A stretch of 64,000 nucleotides of DNA, from assembly GCF_004010195.1 (NCBI RefSeq), contig NC_057718.1, positions 59,948,137 to 60,012,136 of the forward strand, given 5' to 3'. The stretch's first letter is position 1. The number at the start of each line of letters is the position of its first letter. This DNA is from Chiloscyllium plagiosum (lineage: Eukaryota). The translations under genes and the position numbers were made by a program. Under the pieces are notes generated by a model. The model did not search any database. It was given only the letters and a program-made list of their open reading frames with translations, and had not been told where the DNA came from. Below are positions 52,166 through 63,887 of this stretch, in pieces.

Positions 52166-52484
52166 TGTTTTTTACTCAACTGTTCTAAAGTGCAACTTTT
52201 TCTTTCTCTGTACCATGCTTGTTGCTATCATCAGCTATTTTCGGTCAGTTAACATATATTTTTGAACTCTGATTATTCATTCAGAAACTCTACTGTCAAC
52301 TTATGTAACTAATACCATATCACAATCTTTTGCTTTCTTTTTAAAGCCCTGAAAAATATTAATATACAATTACAATCTAATCACCCTGTTTGCATCAGGA
52401 TATTTTTCCTTCCCAGAGCTCCATGAGTCTATACAGTAAAGTCTTTAACCAGAGTGTGTATGATTGGCTCTCTGACTTTAGGTC

Positions 52485-53145
52485 TCATCTTGGCTGATCT
52501 GGTAACATTCCCACCTCTGAATTAGAATATTGAGGTTTTAAGGCCGGCCATGGATTTCAAAATCATAGAATTTTTGGCAAAGAAGATGGCCATTTGGCCC
52601 ATCATGTCTGCACCAGCTATCTGAATGAGGTATTAATTCAGTACCATTTTCCAAAGTCACACTGTAATCCTTCATATTATTGCTTTCCAGGTAACAGTTT
52701 AATTCCCTTTTGAATACCTTGATTGCCTGGGCTACAATGTTGGGCATGGCATTCTTTATCTTAGCTGCTCACTACTGAAAACATTTTTTACTCATATTAC
52801 TTTTGCTTCTTTAGCCAACTGTCTTAAACCTATATTCACTCATTCTCATTCTTTTCATTGACTATGAAAGGTTTCCTCCTATCTGCCCAGATCCCTCTTA
52901 ATTTTGAATACCTCTGTCAGATTTCATCTCAGCCATCTCTTTTTCTGGTTGTATTTTCAGCTGTAAGATCTGTGTGCGTAATCTTGGCTGATGCTTCAGT
53001 GCAACATCAAAGACCTGTTGCATTGTTTAAGGTGCAATATTTTAGATAGAATATCACGTGTGTGCTGCACCATCAGTGAAAAATCAGGGAGCTCTTTCTT
53101 GGCTTGGCTGATATCTACTGTATATATCCGAATAAACATTGATCT
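52485..53145 (+). mobile_element. Ancient Deu-domain-like SINE split by a CR1 3' end
   Basis: ggtaacattcccacctctgaattagaa...(CR1)...taatcttggctgatgcttcagtgca...aggtgcaatatttta resembles the SacSINE1/DeuSINE layout as I recall it. Confidence 0.45.
52560..52945 (-). mobile_element. Old CR1 3' end
   Basis: aatcatagaa...ggccatttggcccatcatgtctgcacc...taattttgaatacctctgtcagatt. Confidence 0.7.
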
Positions 53146-53536
53146 CCTGTAAAACTCAGCTCCCAGTCTATGACTGAGAAATTACTTCTAGTCATAGGTT
53201 GACCCTGTCTTTTAGCCAAAAAATCCAATCTCTTTGTTCTAAAGTCAAACCCATTGAGGTGCATAAGTGCTTTATAGGATCACAGAAAAGCTGAAGGAAT
53301 CTGTTTACCTCCACTTATCTGTGCAGATATTTTCCTTTTTGCACTACTTCAGGGAGAAAGGCTGATGGAAGTAGTCTGTTATAACAAGACAATGGTTGAA
53401 TGTGGGTTTCATCCTCTCCAAAATGTTACTTGTGTCATATGTAAAATAAATATTTTGGTGAGGGATCAATTTGGGGAAGGTTGTATCAATTAAATTTAGA
53501 AGATATGGCAAGGGGCCATGGTAGCAATAGTGGAAA

Positions 53537-54160
53537 TGATTTTGATTTGATTTATTATTGTCACCTGTACCTAAGAACAGTGAAAGTATTGTTTTATGTG
53601 CAATATAGGCAAACCATAACATGCAAGAGCATACAGATCATATAATGTTTAGACAGACCTAAGCATATAGAGTTACAGCTGCACAGGAGATGCGCAAAAG
53701 CCAGATCAACATTAGGTTAGAAATTAGAAAGCAGTCTAATAACAGCAAGGAAAAAACTGATCTTGAACTAATGTCAGTACATATGTTTAAGCATCTTGTG
53801 TCTTCTGCCTGAAGAGAGTATTACTAGGGTGGGAGAGGTCTTTGATGATGTTGGCTGCCTTTCTGGGATAACAAGAAGTGTAGGTGGAGTCTATGGATGT
53901 GAAATTGGTTTGCGTGATGGTCGGGGCAGTGTTCATAACTGTCTGTAGTTTCTTCTGGTCCTGAGCAGAGCAGTTGCCATACCAAAGCATATACACTCAG
54001 ATAGAATGCTTTCTATATTGCATCTGTAAAAGTTGGTGAGGGTCTTTTTGGACATGCCAAATTTCCTCAGCCTCCTGAGGAAGAGAAGGCATTGTTGTGC
54101 CTTCCTGATTGTCACATCTATGTGGGAAGACTAGGATAGAATGTTGGTTATCATCACTGT
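53537..54160 (-). mobile_element. Rex1/Babar-type LINE 3' fragment
   Basis: RKAQQCLLFLRRLRKFGMSKKTLTNFYRCNIESILS; WYGNCSAQDQKKLQ; homologous to 31413-32050. Confidence 0.9.
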
Positions 54161-54377
54161 GGTCGGAATGTGATCGGAAGGCACAGAGACATTTGGGCGG
54201 CACGGTGGCACAGTGGTTAGCACTGTTTGAGTGTATCAGATTATTGAGGATAGCCAGGGAGATAAATTCACATAAGGTTTTCATGACAGTGCCTCACAGC
54301 CGCATGTCCTACAGCCAATCAGCCAATCAGACATAATGATAGACCAGATCTGGCAATATGACAGGAGTAACTAATGG

Positions 54378-54517
54378 GAGAAAGTGAGGACTGCAGATGC
54401 TGGAGAGTTCTGAGTTGAAAAGTGTGGCACTGGGAAAGCACAGCAGCTCAGGCAGCATCCGAGGAACTGGAGAGTCAATGTTTCGGGCATAAGCCTTTCA
54501 TCAGAAATTCCTGATGT
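54378..54517 (-). mobile_element. PLE family B pLTR mini-insertion with hammerhead motif
   Basis: Minus CUGAUGA-aAGGC-uuau-GCCC-GAAACAUU; direct repeats aggagtaactaatgg (54363-54377) / aggagtaattaatgg (54518-54532); junction catcagaaa|ttcctgatg is a short inversion. Confidence 0.88.
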
Positions 54518-54569
54518 AGGAGTAATTAATGGCCTTACAGTAAAAGCCCTCCTACGTAGCACATATCTC

Positions 54570-56762
54570 ACTATGGTTTCAGTTTGAGTGAGAGAAAAGG
54601 GGATCAAATATAAATATTTTACATTTAAGGAAGAGAATTTATGAGGGAAGGAAGACAGGGCTATGAAAAGTGAACTGGGATGATCGATTAAGGGGTAGAT
54701 CAGGAGAAATACAGCAGCAGGCAGTTAAGGAGATATTTCAGAATACTCAGAAAATGTGCATTCCAGTGAAAACAAAAGATTTTAACCATAAAAAAACCTA
54801 AAGGTTTCAACAGGAATTTAGAAAGGGGAATAGAAAATAAAGTAAGCCTAGCTCTTCTGGAGATTCATTCTGGGAACTTTGAATGCAAAATAGAAAAAAA
54901 CTGATTAATTGAACTGATATTTTGCATCACTCTTCACTGTAGACGATACCGGTAACAGCCCAGAGAAATTGTGAATCAGAATTAGATTTTTTTTTTGAAT
55001 TAGATTACTTACAGTGTGGAAACAGGCCCTTCAGCCCAACAAGTCCACACCGACCCGCCGAAGCGCAACCCACCCATACCCCTACATTTACCCATTACCT
55101 AACACTACGGGCAATTTAGCATGGCCAATTCACCCGACCTGCACATCTTTGGACTGTGGGAGGAAACCGGAGCACCCGGAGGAAACCCACGCAGACACAG
55201 GGAGAACATCAAACTCCACACAGTCAGTCGCCTGAGGTGGGAATTGAACCCAGGTCTCTGGCACTGTGAGGCAGCAGTGCTAACCACTGTGCCACCGTGC
55301 CACCCAATGTAAAAGGGAACGAGGAACTTGAAACAACTGTAATCACCAAAGAAAAGAATGCTGAGAAAATTGAGAACTAAAGCTTGACAAGTCCTCTAAT
55401 CTAGATAGACTTTATTCTAAGCTGTTAACAGAAATAGCTGCTGAGATACTGGTTGGTTTAAATTTTCCAAAATTTCATAGATTCTGGTAAAGTGCCATCA
55501 AATTGCAAAATAAGGAAAGTAATTCCTTAATTCAAGATAGCAGTGAAGTAGAAAGCAGAAAATTATAGACCAACATCTTTCGTTGGAATAATGATGGAAT
55601 CTATTATTAGGGAGGTTTTATAAAGCATTTAAAAAAGCTTAATGCAATTAAATAGAGTCAACATGCTTTGATGAAAAGAGAATCGTGTTTCGCTAATTTA
55701 TTGTTATTTGAGGGAGGAACAAGCAACATAGACAATGTGGAAGTAATAGATGGACTGCACAGAGAATTCGAAAAGGCATTTGCCAAGGTACCCTATCCAA
55801 AGTTTTTTTGCTAAATAAGAGCTCATGGCTTAAAAAGATTATATTAGTATTGGTAAAGGCTAAAAGGTAGCACAGCATGCATATAAATGGATAATTTTTA
55901 GCTGACAGGTTATTAGGAATAGTTTACCACCGTGATCAGCATGGAGGTTTTGACCTTTTATAAATTAGATTAATGACTTCAATGAAGGGGCCAAATGGTC
56001 ACTTAATTTACTGATGATAGATAGGAGAGTAAGTTATGAAGGGAACAGGAGAAGTCTTCTAAGTCAACAAAGTGCACAAAACTTTGAAGTATAATGTCAG
56101 AATATGTATGCTTGTAATGGAAAAGCAGTATATTATGTAAATGTAGACAGATTGCAAAAGTGTGAGGTACAAAGGGATCTGGATCTGGAATCACAAAAAG
56201 TTAGTGAGCAGTGATTCGGAAGGCAAGTGAAATGTTGTCATTTATTACAAGAGAAATGAAATATAAAAGTAGGGAAATTTTCCTCAAGCTTCAGAAAAAG
56301 TTGTTTAGACCACATCTGGGGTACTATGTAGAGTTTTGGGCCCCTTTATTTAGGAAGGATATCATCAACTAATACCTGGATGTCTGGGTTCATTTATGAC
56401 AAAAAAAAAGACAAGTTGAGCCTATGCATTGTAGGTGAGAAAAATGAGAGGTGATCTTGTTGAAACATATAAAATCCTGAGTAGGCTTGAAGGATAGATG
56501 CTGTGAAGATGTTTCCTCTTCTGGGAGAGACAAGGACTAGGGGACACAGCTTAAATATTATCGGGTCTCATGTTTAAGATTGGGATGAGGAGGAATTATT
56601 TTCTCTCAAGGTCATTAATCCTTGAAATTCTCTTTCCCAGTGATTGTATGAGGCATGTGGTCATTGAACACTTTTAAGATAGAGGTAAATAGATTCTTCA
56701 TGAACATATGAGCCAAAGGTTATCAGGGCTAGGTTGGAATGTGAATTTGGGGCCACAATTAG
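54570..56762 (+). mobile_element. Old CR1 ORF2 + 3' end, interrupted by an HE1 SINE
   Basis: Decayed YFASLFT, DSGKVP, NYRP, KAFAKVP, RPHLGYYVEFWAP and RGDLVETYKIL motifs. Confidence 0.8.
54998..55305 (-). mobile_element. Young HE1-type V-SINE
   Basis: Minus gggtggcacggtggcacagtggttagcactgctgcctcacag...gggttcaattccc; CpGs retained. Confidence 0.95.
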
Positions 56763-56763
56763 A

Positions 56764-57962
56764 TAGAGTCATAGAATCATACAGATGTACAGCATGAAAA
56801 CAAACCCTTCAGTCCAACTTGTCCATGCCAACCAGATATCCCAACCTAATCTAGTCCAATTTGCGAGCACTTGGCCCATTTCCTTCTAACCCCTTCCTAT
56901 TCATATACCCATCTAGATACCTTTTAAATGCTGTAATTGTACCAGCCTCCACCACTTCCTCTAGTAGCTCATTCCATACACGCAGCACCCTCTAAGTGAA
57001 AATGTTGCCCCTTAGGTCCCTTTTATATCTTTCCCTTCTCACCCTAAATCTATGCCCTCTAGTTCTGAACTCCCCCACCACAGGGACAAGACTTTGTCTA
57101 TGTATCCTATCCATGCTCTTCATGATTTTATAAACCTCTATAAGGTCACCCCTCTGCCTCCATCGCTCCAGGTAAAACAGCCCCAGCCTATTCAGCCTCT
57201 CTCTATAGCTCAAATCCTCCAACCCTGGCAACATCCTTGTAAATCTTTTCTGAACCCTTTCAAGTTACACAACATCCCTCTAATAGGAAGGAGACCAGAA
57301 TTGCATGCAATATTCCAACTGTGGCCTAACCAATGTCCTGTGCAGCTGCAACATGGCCTCCCAACTCCTAAATTCAATACTCTGACCAATAAAGGAAAGA
57401 TTACCAAACACTTTCTTCACTATCCTATCTACCTGCAACTCCGATTTCAAGGAACTATGAGCCTGCACTCCAAGGTCTCTTTGTTCAGCAACACTCCCCA
57501 GGACCTTATCATTTAGTGAATAAGTCTTGCTCTGATTTGCTTTCCTAAAATGCAGCACCTCGCATTTATCTAAATTAAATGCCATTTGCCACATCTCCGT
57601 CCGTTGGCCCATCTGATCATGATCATGTTGTAATCAGGAGGTAACCTTCTTTGCTGCCCAATACACTTCCAATTTTGGTGTCATTTGCAAACTTACTAAC
57701 TATACCTCCTATGTTCACATCCAAATGATATGTATAAATGTTGAAAAGCAGTGGACCCAGCACCGATCCTTGTGGCATTCCACTGGATATAGACCTCCAG
57801 TCTGAAAAGCAACCCTCCACCACTCCCCTGTGTCTTCTACCTTTGAGCCAGTTCTGCCTCCAAATAGCTGGTTATCCCTGTATTCCGTGAGATCTAACCT
57901 TGCTAACCAGTCTCCCATGAGGAATTGTGTCGAATCGCCTTACTGAAGTCCATGTAGATCAC
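56764..57962 (-). mobile_element. CR1 (HER1-like) RT + 3' end
   Basis: GMPQGSVLGPLLF...KFANDTK; LVRPQLEYCMQFWSP; RLGLFYLE. Confidence 0.95.
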
Positions 57963-58164
57963 GTTGTATCTGTCCAAATGTTTTTCAACTGTTGCAACTG
58001 TACTTACCTCTGGCAGCTGGTTCCATATACGGACCACCTTCTGTGTGAAAAGGTTGTCCCTCAACTGCCATGATTTTATTTTACCTGCTCGAGCAGACTC
58101 AAGGGGTGAAGGGCCTCTCATGCACATAATATGCATGTTTATACATAAAAGACAATACCTTATT

Positions 58165-58620
58165 TAGAATCCTTACATTGCAGATAGAAGCCATTTAGCC
58201 CATTGAGTGTGCACCGGCCCTCCAAAGAACATCCTGCTCAGACCTCCGTAACTATCCCTGCATTAACCATAGCTAATCCAACCACCTGCACACTGCAGGG
58301 CAATTTAGCATGGCCAATTCACCTAGCTTGCACATCTCTGGACTGTGGGAGGAGACTAGAGAACAGGACGGAAACCCATACAGACACTGAGAGCACATGC
58401 AAACTTCACACAGTCACCCAAACCAGACCCAGAATCTCTCCCAGGTTTGCTCTTAAAAAGGTAGTAGTGAGCTACCTTCTTGAACCATGAAACGTCAATT
58501 CTCCTTCTCCTTTGATGCTGCCTGACCTGCTGCGCTTTTCCAGCAACACATTTTTAAGTCCTGGAATCAAACCTGGATCCCTGACAATGTGAGGCAGCAG
58601 TGCTAACCACAGTGCCACTG
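58165..58620 (-). mobile_element. HE1-type SINE containing a chimeric insert (~58420-58558)
   Basis: V domain at 58298-58420; tRNA head resumes at ~58560 (ctggaatcaaacc...gaggcagcagtgctaaccac). Confidence 0.8.
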
Positions 58621-58764
58621 GGCTCACTTTTTACTCAGGCAGGGATGATATTTCTCAAGGAACAAATGTATTCATTTATCTGCTGTTTGTGGAATTTTTC
58701 TTTGCTCAAATTAACTCTGATGTTTGTAAAACAGTAACAGTGACTTGAATTTAACTGTAACTGA

Positions 58765-59390
58765 TTGACATTCAGTGGCATTACCATCTTGAACCACAGT
58801 TTTCAACATTCTGGGAGCTAGCACTGACCAGGGACTGAACTGGTCCAGCCACATAAATACTGTGGCTATAAGATCAGGTCAGCAGCTAGAAATTGTGTGA
58901 CAAATAACTCACCTCCTAACTTATAAAAGCATAACGCCCCACTTTCCTAAATGAGTGCTGCTGCAATAAACTTAAGAAACTCTATAAATTATCCAGTGCA
59001 AATACTGCCTGCTTAATTGGCAACTAATCCATTCCCTTCAACATTTACTTGCTCTACCAAAAACACACTGTGGCAGCAGAATGCATCATGTATAAGGTGC
59101 ACTGCAGTAACTCACCAAAGTTCCTTTGAAAATATGTTCCAAACCTGTCACCCATACCAACTAGAAGCTAAGGACTTGCCACCACTTGCAAGTTCCTTTC
59201 CAAGCTACACAGCAACTGATTGGAAAAAAAAATCACCATCCCTTTACTGTCATTGAGTCAAAATTCTGAAACATCCTTCCAAACAACATTGTGTTTGCAA
59301 TGGTTTATGAAGGTAGCTCACCACTCCCTTTCTTAGGGCAATTAGATATGTGTGTTAATTAGCAATTCCCACAACCTAAAAAGAAATGAA
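58765..59390 (+). mobile_element. LINE family B 3' fragment
   Basis: actgaactggtccagccacataaatactgtggcta...aaggtgcactgcagtaactcaccaa...aaggtagctcaccac...agggcaattaga. Confidence 0.8.
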
Positions 59391-60077
59391 AAATAGTGCT
59401 TCATAAATGCAAATATTATTTATTCTTATCCACCTAATATTCCTTGTTGAAATGAAACTGTCAACCAAATCCCCCTATTTGAGCAGTTCTCCTCTACAGT
59501 CCACTTAAAGAATGCACTTCTTTCCTCATTTCTTCTCACCTGTCACTTTGGTGAGAATTGATTACCTCAAATGGCTGCGTCCTTATGATCTACCTACAGG
59601 GCTCCATTTTTGACCTCCTATTCTTTATCAGTTACACTCATCAGAATACTGTGCCTCACGTGTTCTACCACATGAAGGTCTGTACACACTAGGCCTTGAT
59701 AGTCCATTGTCCCCGAGAATCAATTTTGGTTTGCTATGGCCTTGTTTCACCTTATTCTTTCAATTGCTCGAAACATATTATCCATTTTGCACATGCCTCC
59801 ATTCATTGCAGACCAGCTTATCCCTATTTACCTCTATTATTTGGCGCTTCTTTTTTAATGCAATTCCCTCTGGAATTTCGTTCCAACTGATACATTTTGC
59901 TACCTTCAACTTTGCTTTCAAAAGCCTCTTAAGACCCTTTTCTTTGGCATGCTTTTGTCAGGTTACTGCAGTGCACCTTATACATGATACATTCTGCTGC
60001 CACACTGTGTTTTTGGTAGAGCAAGTAAATGTTGAATGGAATGGATTAGTTGCCAATTAAGCAGGCTGATTTGCACT

Positions 60078-60493
60078 GGAGGTTGAGTAGGTTAGGCTTG
60101 TTTTCATTAGAAAAAAGGAGATTGAGGGGGGACCTGATTGAGGTTTACAAAATCATGAAGGGTATAGACAGGGTGGATAGAGACAAGCTTTTTCCCAGGG
60201 TGAAGGATTCAATAACGAGAGGTCATGCTTTCAAGGTGAGAGGTGGAAAGTTTAAGGGGGATACACGTGGCAAGTACTTCACACAGAGGGTGGTGAGTGT
60301 TTGGAACGCGTTGCCAGCAGAGATGGTAGAGGCAGGCACGGTAGATTCATTTAAGATGCATCTGGACAGATGCATGAGTAGGTGGGGAGCAGAGGGATAC
60401 AAATGCTTAAACAGTACATTTGGATCAGCTCAGGCTTGGAGGGCCGAAGGGCCTGTTCCTGGGCTGTAAATTTTCTTTGTTCTCTCTTTGTTC
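60078..60493 (+). mobile_element. Young CR1 3' fragment with (ttctttg)-type tail
   Basis: Uninterrupted RLSRLGLFSLEKRRLRGDLIEVYKIMKG...FTQRVVSVWNALP; gggccgaagggcctgttcc stem-loop. Confidence 0.93.
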
Positions 60494-61307
60494 TTCCTTA
60501 ACCTCTCTTCTTGCATTAATTTCCATGTAAATCCAAATCCAATTTTGTAAAAATACTCTTACATTCATTGTTCTATGCAAAGAGCATTATACATACATAA
60601 ATTGTTGACATTGTGTTCACATTCAGTTCACTAGATGGCAATCTATTCCACAAGTTTAAAAACTCAATGTGTAAGTAAAGTAGATATTCCTTAAATTACT
60701 TTCATAGCTTCCTTAGCTTCATAACTACTTGCCTCATTCTCTCCTGCTTCAACACAACTGGTTTTTTTATATCCACTTCACCAATTTTATTCTTGACATT
60801 TAAAAAATGTTGATTTTATTGCAAGTACAAAAATCAAATCTTCCTTTACTAATTGATTGCAACCATATATATCTCAGGCTGCTTCTCCATAATGGGAACA
60901 CTTGCAGTACAGGAAGTATTTTCAAGCTGTAAATAAACATGAGATGTGATGCACTGAGTGTGATTTTTGTCAGGACTGTCAGCGGCAAATTTGCCACCAA
61001 GGATACCAATATGTTTTTCTTGTTAATCACAATGTTTTAATTACTTCTTTTTTACAGAAATATATCATTTTGAAATATTTGCGGAATAATTAATCATTGC
61101 AATTGTTACCTTCTTGTGCAGCTGAAAAACTATCGGCATCAGGCTTTAGATGAGTTTTCGATTCCTTATATAAAACTGTTTATTTCCACACAATAATAGT
61201 CAATATTTCTCAAGCAAAAGTTGCATGAAGATATAAAAAGGAAGGAGTGTGAAAAGACCATTTAGAGTTCTCAGCTAACTGTATCAAGCAGACCCAGCTT
61301 GGTCCTT

Positions 61308-61481
61308 CAGAAATTGGTGGCAAAACTCAGCAGTTTTGGAAGCATCTGTGGGAATGAAACAGACTCCGGTGAACTTGAAATTTTCTGATGAAAAGTCACC
61401 GAATTCGAAACGTTAACTCTGCTTTCTTCTCACAGATGCTGCCAGACCTGCTGAGTTTCGCCAGCAATTTCTGTTTTTGTT
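61308..61481. mobile_element. PLE pLTR (family E) inverted pair with hammerhead motif
   Basis: 61308-61363 is the reverse complement of 61418-61473; CUGAUGA at 61385-61391 and GAAACGUU at 61407-61414. Confidence 0.82.
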
Positions 61482-63689
61482 ATAATAACTATTTGCTTTG
61501 TTTCTAAACCAAATTTTTGTAGAGAGTTTTATAGCACAGCTGTAGGGTACAAGTTGCCAATAGCAATTAGGTGATCTTATCCAGAATCATTGTACAGTAA
61601 CAAACCAATGGCGTGAATCTGATCGTGGAACAATATCTGTACCATGCTGTTTCTCTCCATGTACTGCCACCATAATTCACAGCACATGACAGAGATTTTA
61701 TTTGTGATCAAGCTAGCCCAATTTACATCTTGTTTAATTTGTGTTACTTATAAGAAAAAAACTAATGAAGATGTAAAGATACACAAGAAGCAGCTTCAGC
61801 AAGTGCCATGCTCACTGTGTTACCCTCTGGTAATCAGTAATTTACCCACCTTGGTGCCAAGTATTCCTCAGCTGGCACTGTTATCTGTCAAAGTTCTGTG
61901 TGAGAAGGTGAGTCACTGACATCATTTGGTGAAAGGAGGCTGAAATGTAGCAGAATATGATTGAGTTTATGAAAGAATCAAAGTCAAGGGATTGATGGAA
62001 AAATGTGTTTCTAGACAGATCAGTTTAACTCATTTGTTTTACATTTCTGACCTAGGCCTCATGAATAATTACAGCTGCTTGTAACAATTAATGAGGTGAA
62101 CTCTTTTAGCTTTAAGTGTCAATATATCTTAACTGGTCCTTCTTTTAAAAAATCGCAAATGCACTCCCTTGATGAGTGAGTTAGTAAACACATCAAATCA
62201 TGGAGAATTGGAATATTGAAGAGTGAATTAGTGACCTTTGCTGAGCCGAGGCATCAGTCAAGGCCCTATGGTTGGCCTCTGCTCTGGGTTTAAGAGGGAG
62301 AAAAGAACACAGTTATTGCTGGAAAGCATATGGTGTCGATATCAGGTGAGTTCAAGCTTAGTTGACATTTACGGTCTTGACTTATTTATAGTCACTTTTG
62401 TGACATGGTTGAGGGGACAGCATGCATGGAACCACATTCCCAGAACAACCTGCATTTCGGGAGAAGGTGGTAGAACATTAGAAGTCGAAAATAGCAAATG
62501 CTTAATATCATCGTAATTGAGAGTACTTAATTCTGTTTGGTATTAGTTCTCCTTCCCACCTATACTCATGGAGGTGCTGATTCAGGTAGAGGTGCATTTC
62601 CATAGGTCATAGGGAAGTATCTCGCCTAGCTGATCTTTCTGAGAATACAAGCCTCGATTTTGATCGCCAGCAGCTATTTACCATAGAGAGCATCACAGGG
62701 AGCACAAACCAAACATTCATTACAAGCAGATACTTGGCACAGGAATCACTGAAAAAATATTCAGAACTGGGAACTATCACTGATTCATTTTCATTCTCTT
62801 GCAGCACAAAATGACTTTAAGACATTTTTAAAATAGTGAAGAAAGAATGTCCTCAATCAAAGCAATGCAATAATTACAATAGTATTGAAATCAGGCACAG
62901 TAATGGAGTAATATCTAATCTCACATAACTGTTGCTGCATGGCAAGCTATTCTTAACTAATCATCCATTTAAAAATGCAATATTTAATGGAAATATTAAT
63001 TACCTGGTTATGTAAAGGAAATCCTTCAACTTACTAGGTTAATAATATAATCACATTATTAATCAATTCACAGCCAAATTCTTTCTCAAAAGGCAGTAGT
63101 CTTTAAAAGTAACACAAATCACTATAATAATGCAATAACCCGAGTGGATGAAATGCATCCAAAAATATTGAAAGAAACTAGAGAGAAGAAAGTGGAGACA
63201 TTCACACCCAGATATCAACATTATCACTGCAAAAGAACTAGTAGACAGCTACAGTAATTCATAACATCAAGAAGAGGATTAGAACTAATTCAATGAAATG
63301 AACTTGCAGATGGAAATGTAGGATGGGTTTTTTTGACTCTCAGGCATGGTTGTCACCCAAACATGGCAAAAATAACAAGCTGCCTATGGACAGCAGTGGG
63401 ATGAGAACAGCAAAAGATTCATATCATATCCCCAGCAGGAATGATCACTGGCAGTCAATTAAGTGGATCAGGGCATTCCTAATCAATGTCAGTAAAGATA
63501 TTTAGTTGGGGAGTTAAAAAAAGTTATTAAACCTTTACTGCTTCACCTTGTGTTTTAATCTAATACTGCTCCAGCTGTATCTTTCCAATACACCGCTCTT
63601 GAGACTGCTTGCTCTTTATCTCTAGGAAGCCTCTTCAATGGCTGGTGTACTGTAATACTCTATGTATATCTGTACATAGTAGATTATTA

Positions 63690-63887
63690 TGATTATGGAG
63701 GTACCAGTGTTGGACCGGCCTAGACAAAGTCAGAAGTCACAAGATACTAGGTTATAGTCTAACAGGTTAATTTGAAATCACAAGCTGTTGGAGCATTGTT
63801 CCTGACAAAGGGGCTACACTCCGAAAATTTGTGATTTCAAATAAATCTGTTGGACTATAACCAGGTGTCATGTGATTTCTGACTGTG
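63690..63887. mobile_element. PLE family A inverted pLTR pair with decayed hammerhead
   Basis: agtcagaagtcacaaga..aggttatagtctaacagg..ttgaaatcacaa mirrored by ttgtgatttcaa..ctgttggactataacc..gtgatttctgact; gtagattat repeated at 63679-63687 and 63887-63895. Confidence 0.82.

Noticed and set aside
54219..54292. Box C/D snoRNA suggested by the terminal stem
   Set aside because: No properly placed RUGAUGA and CUGA boxes on either strand
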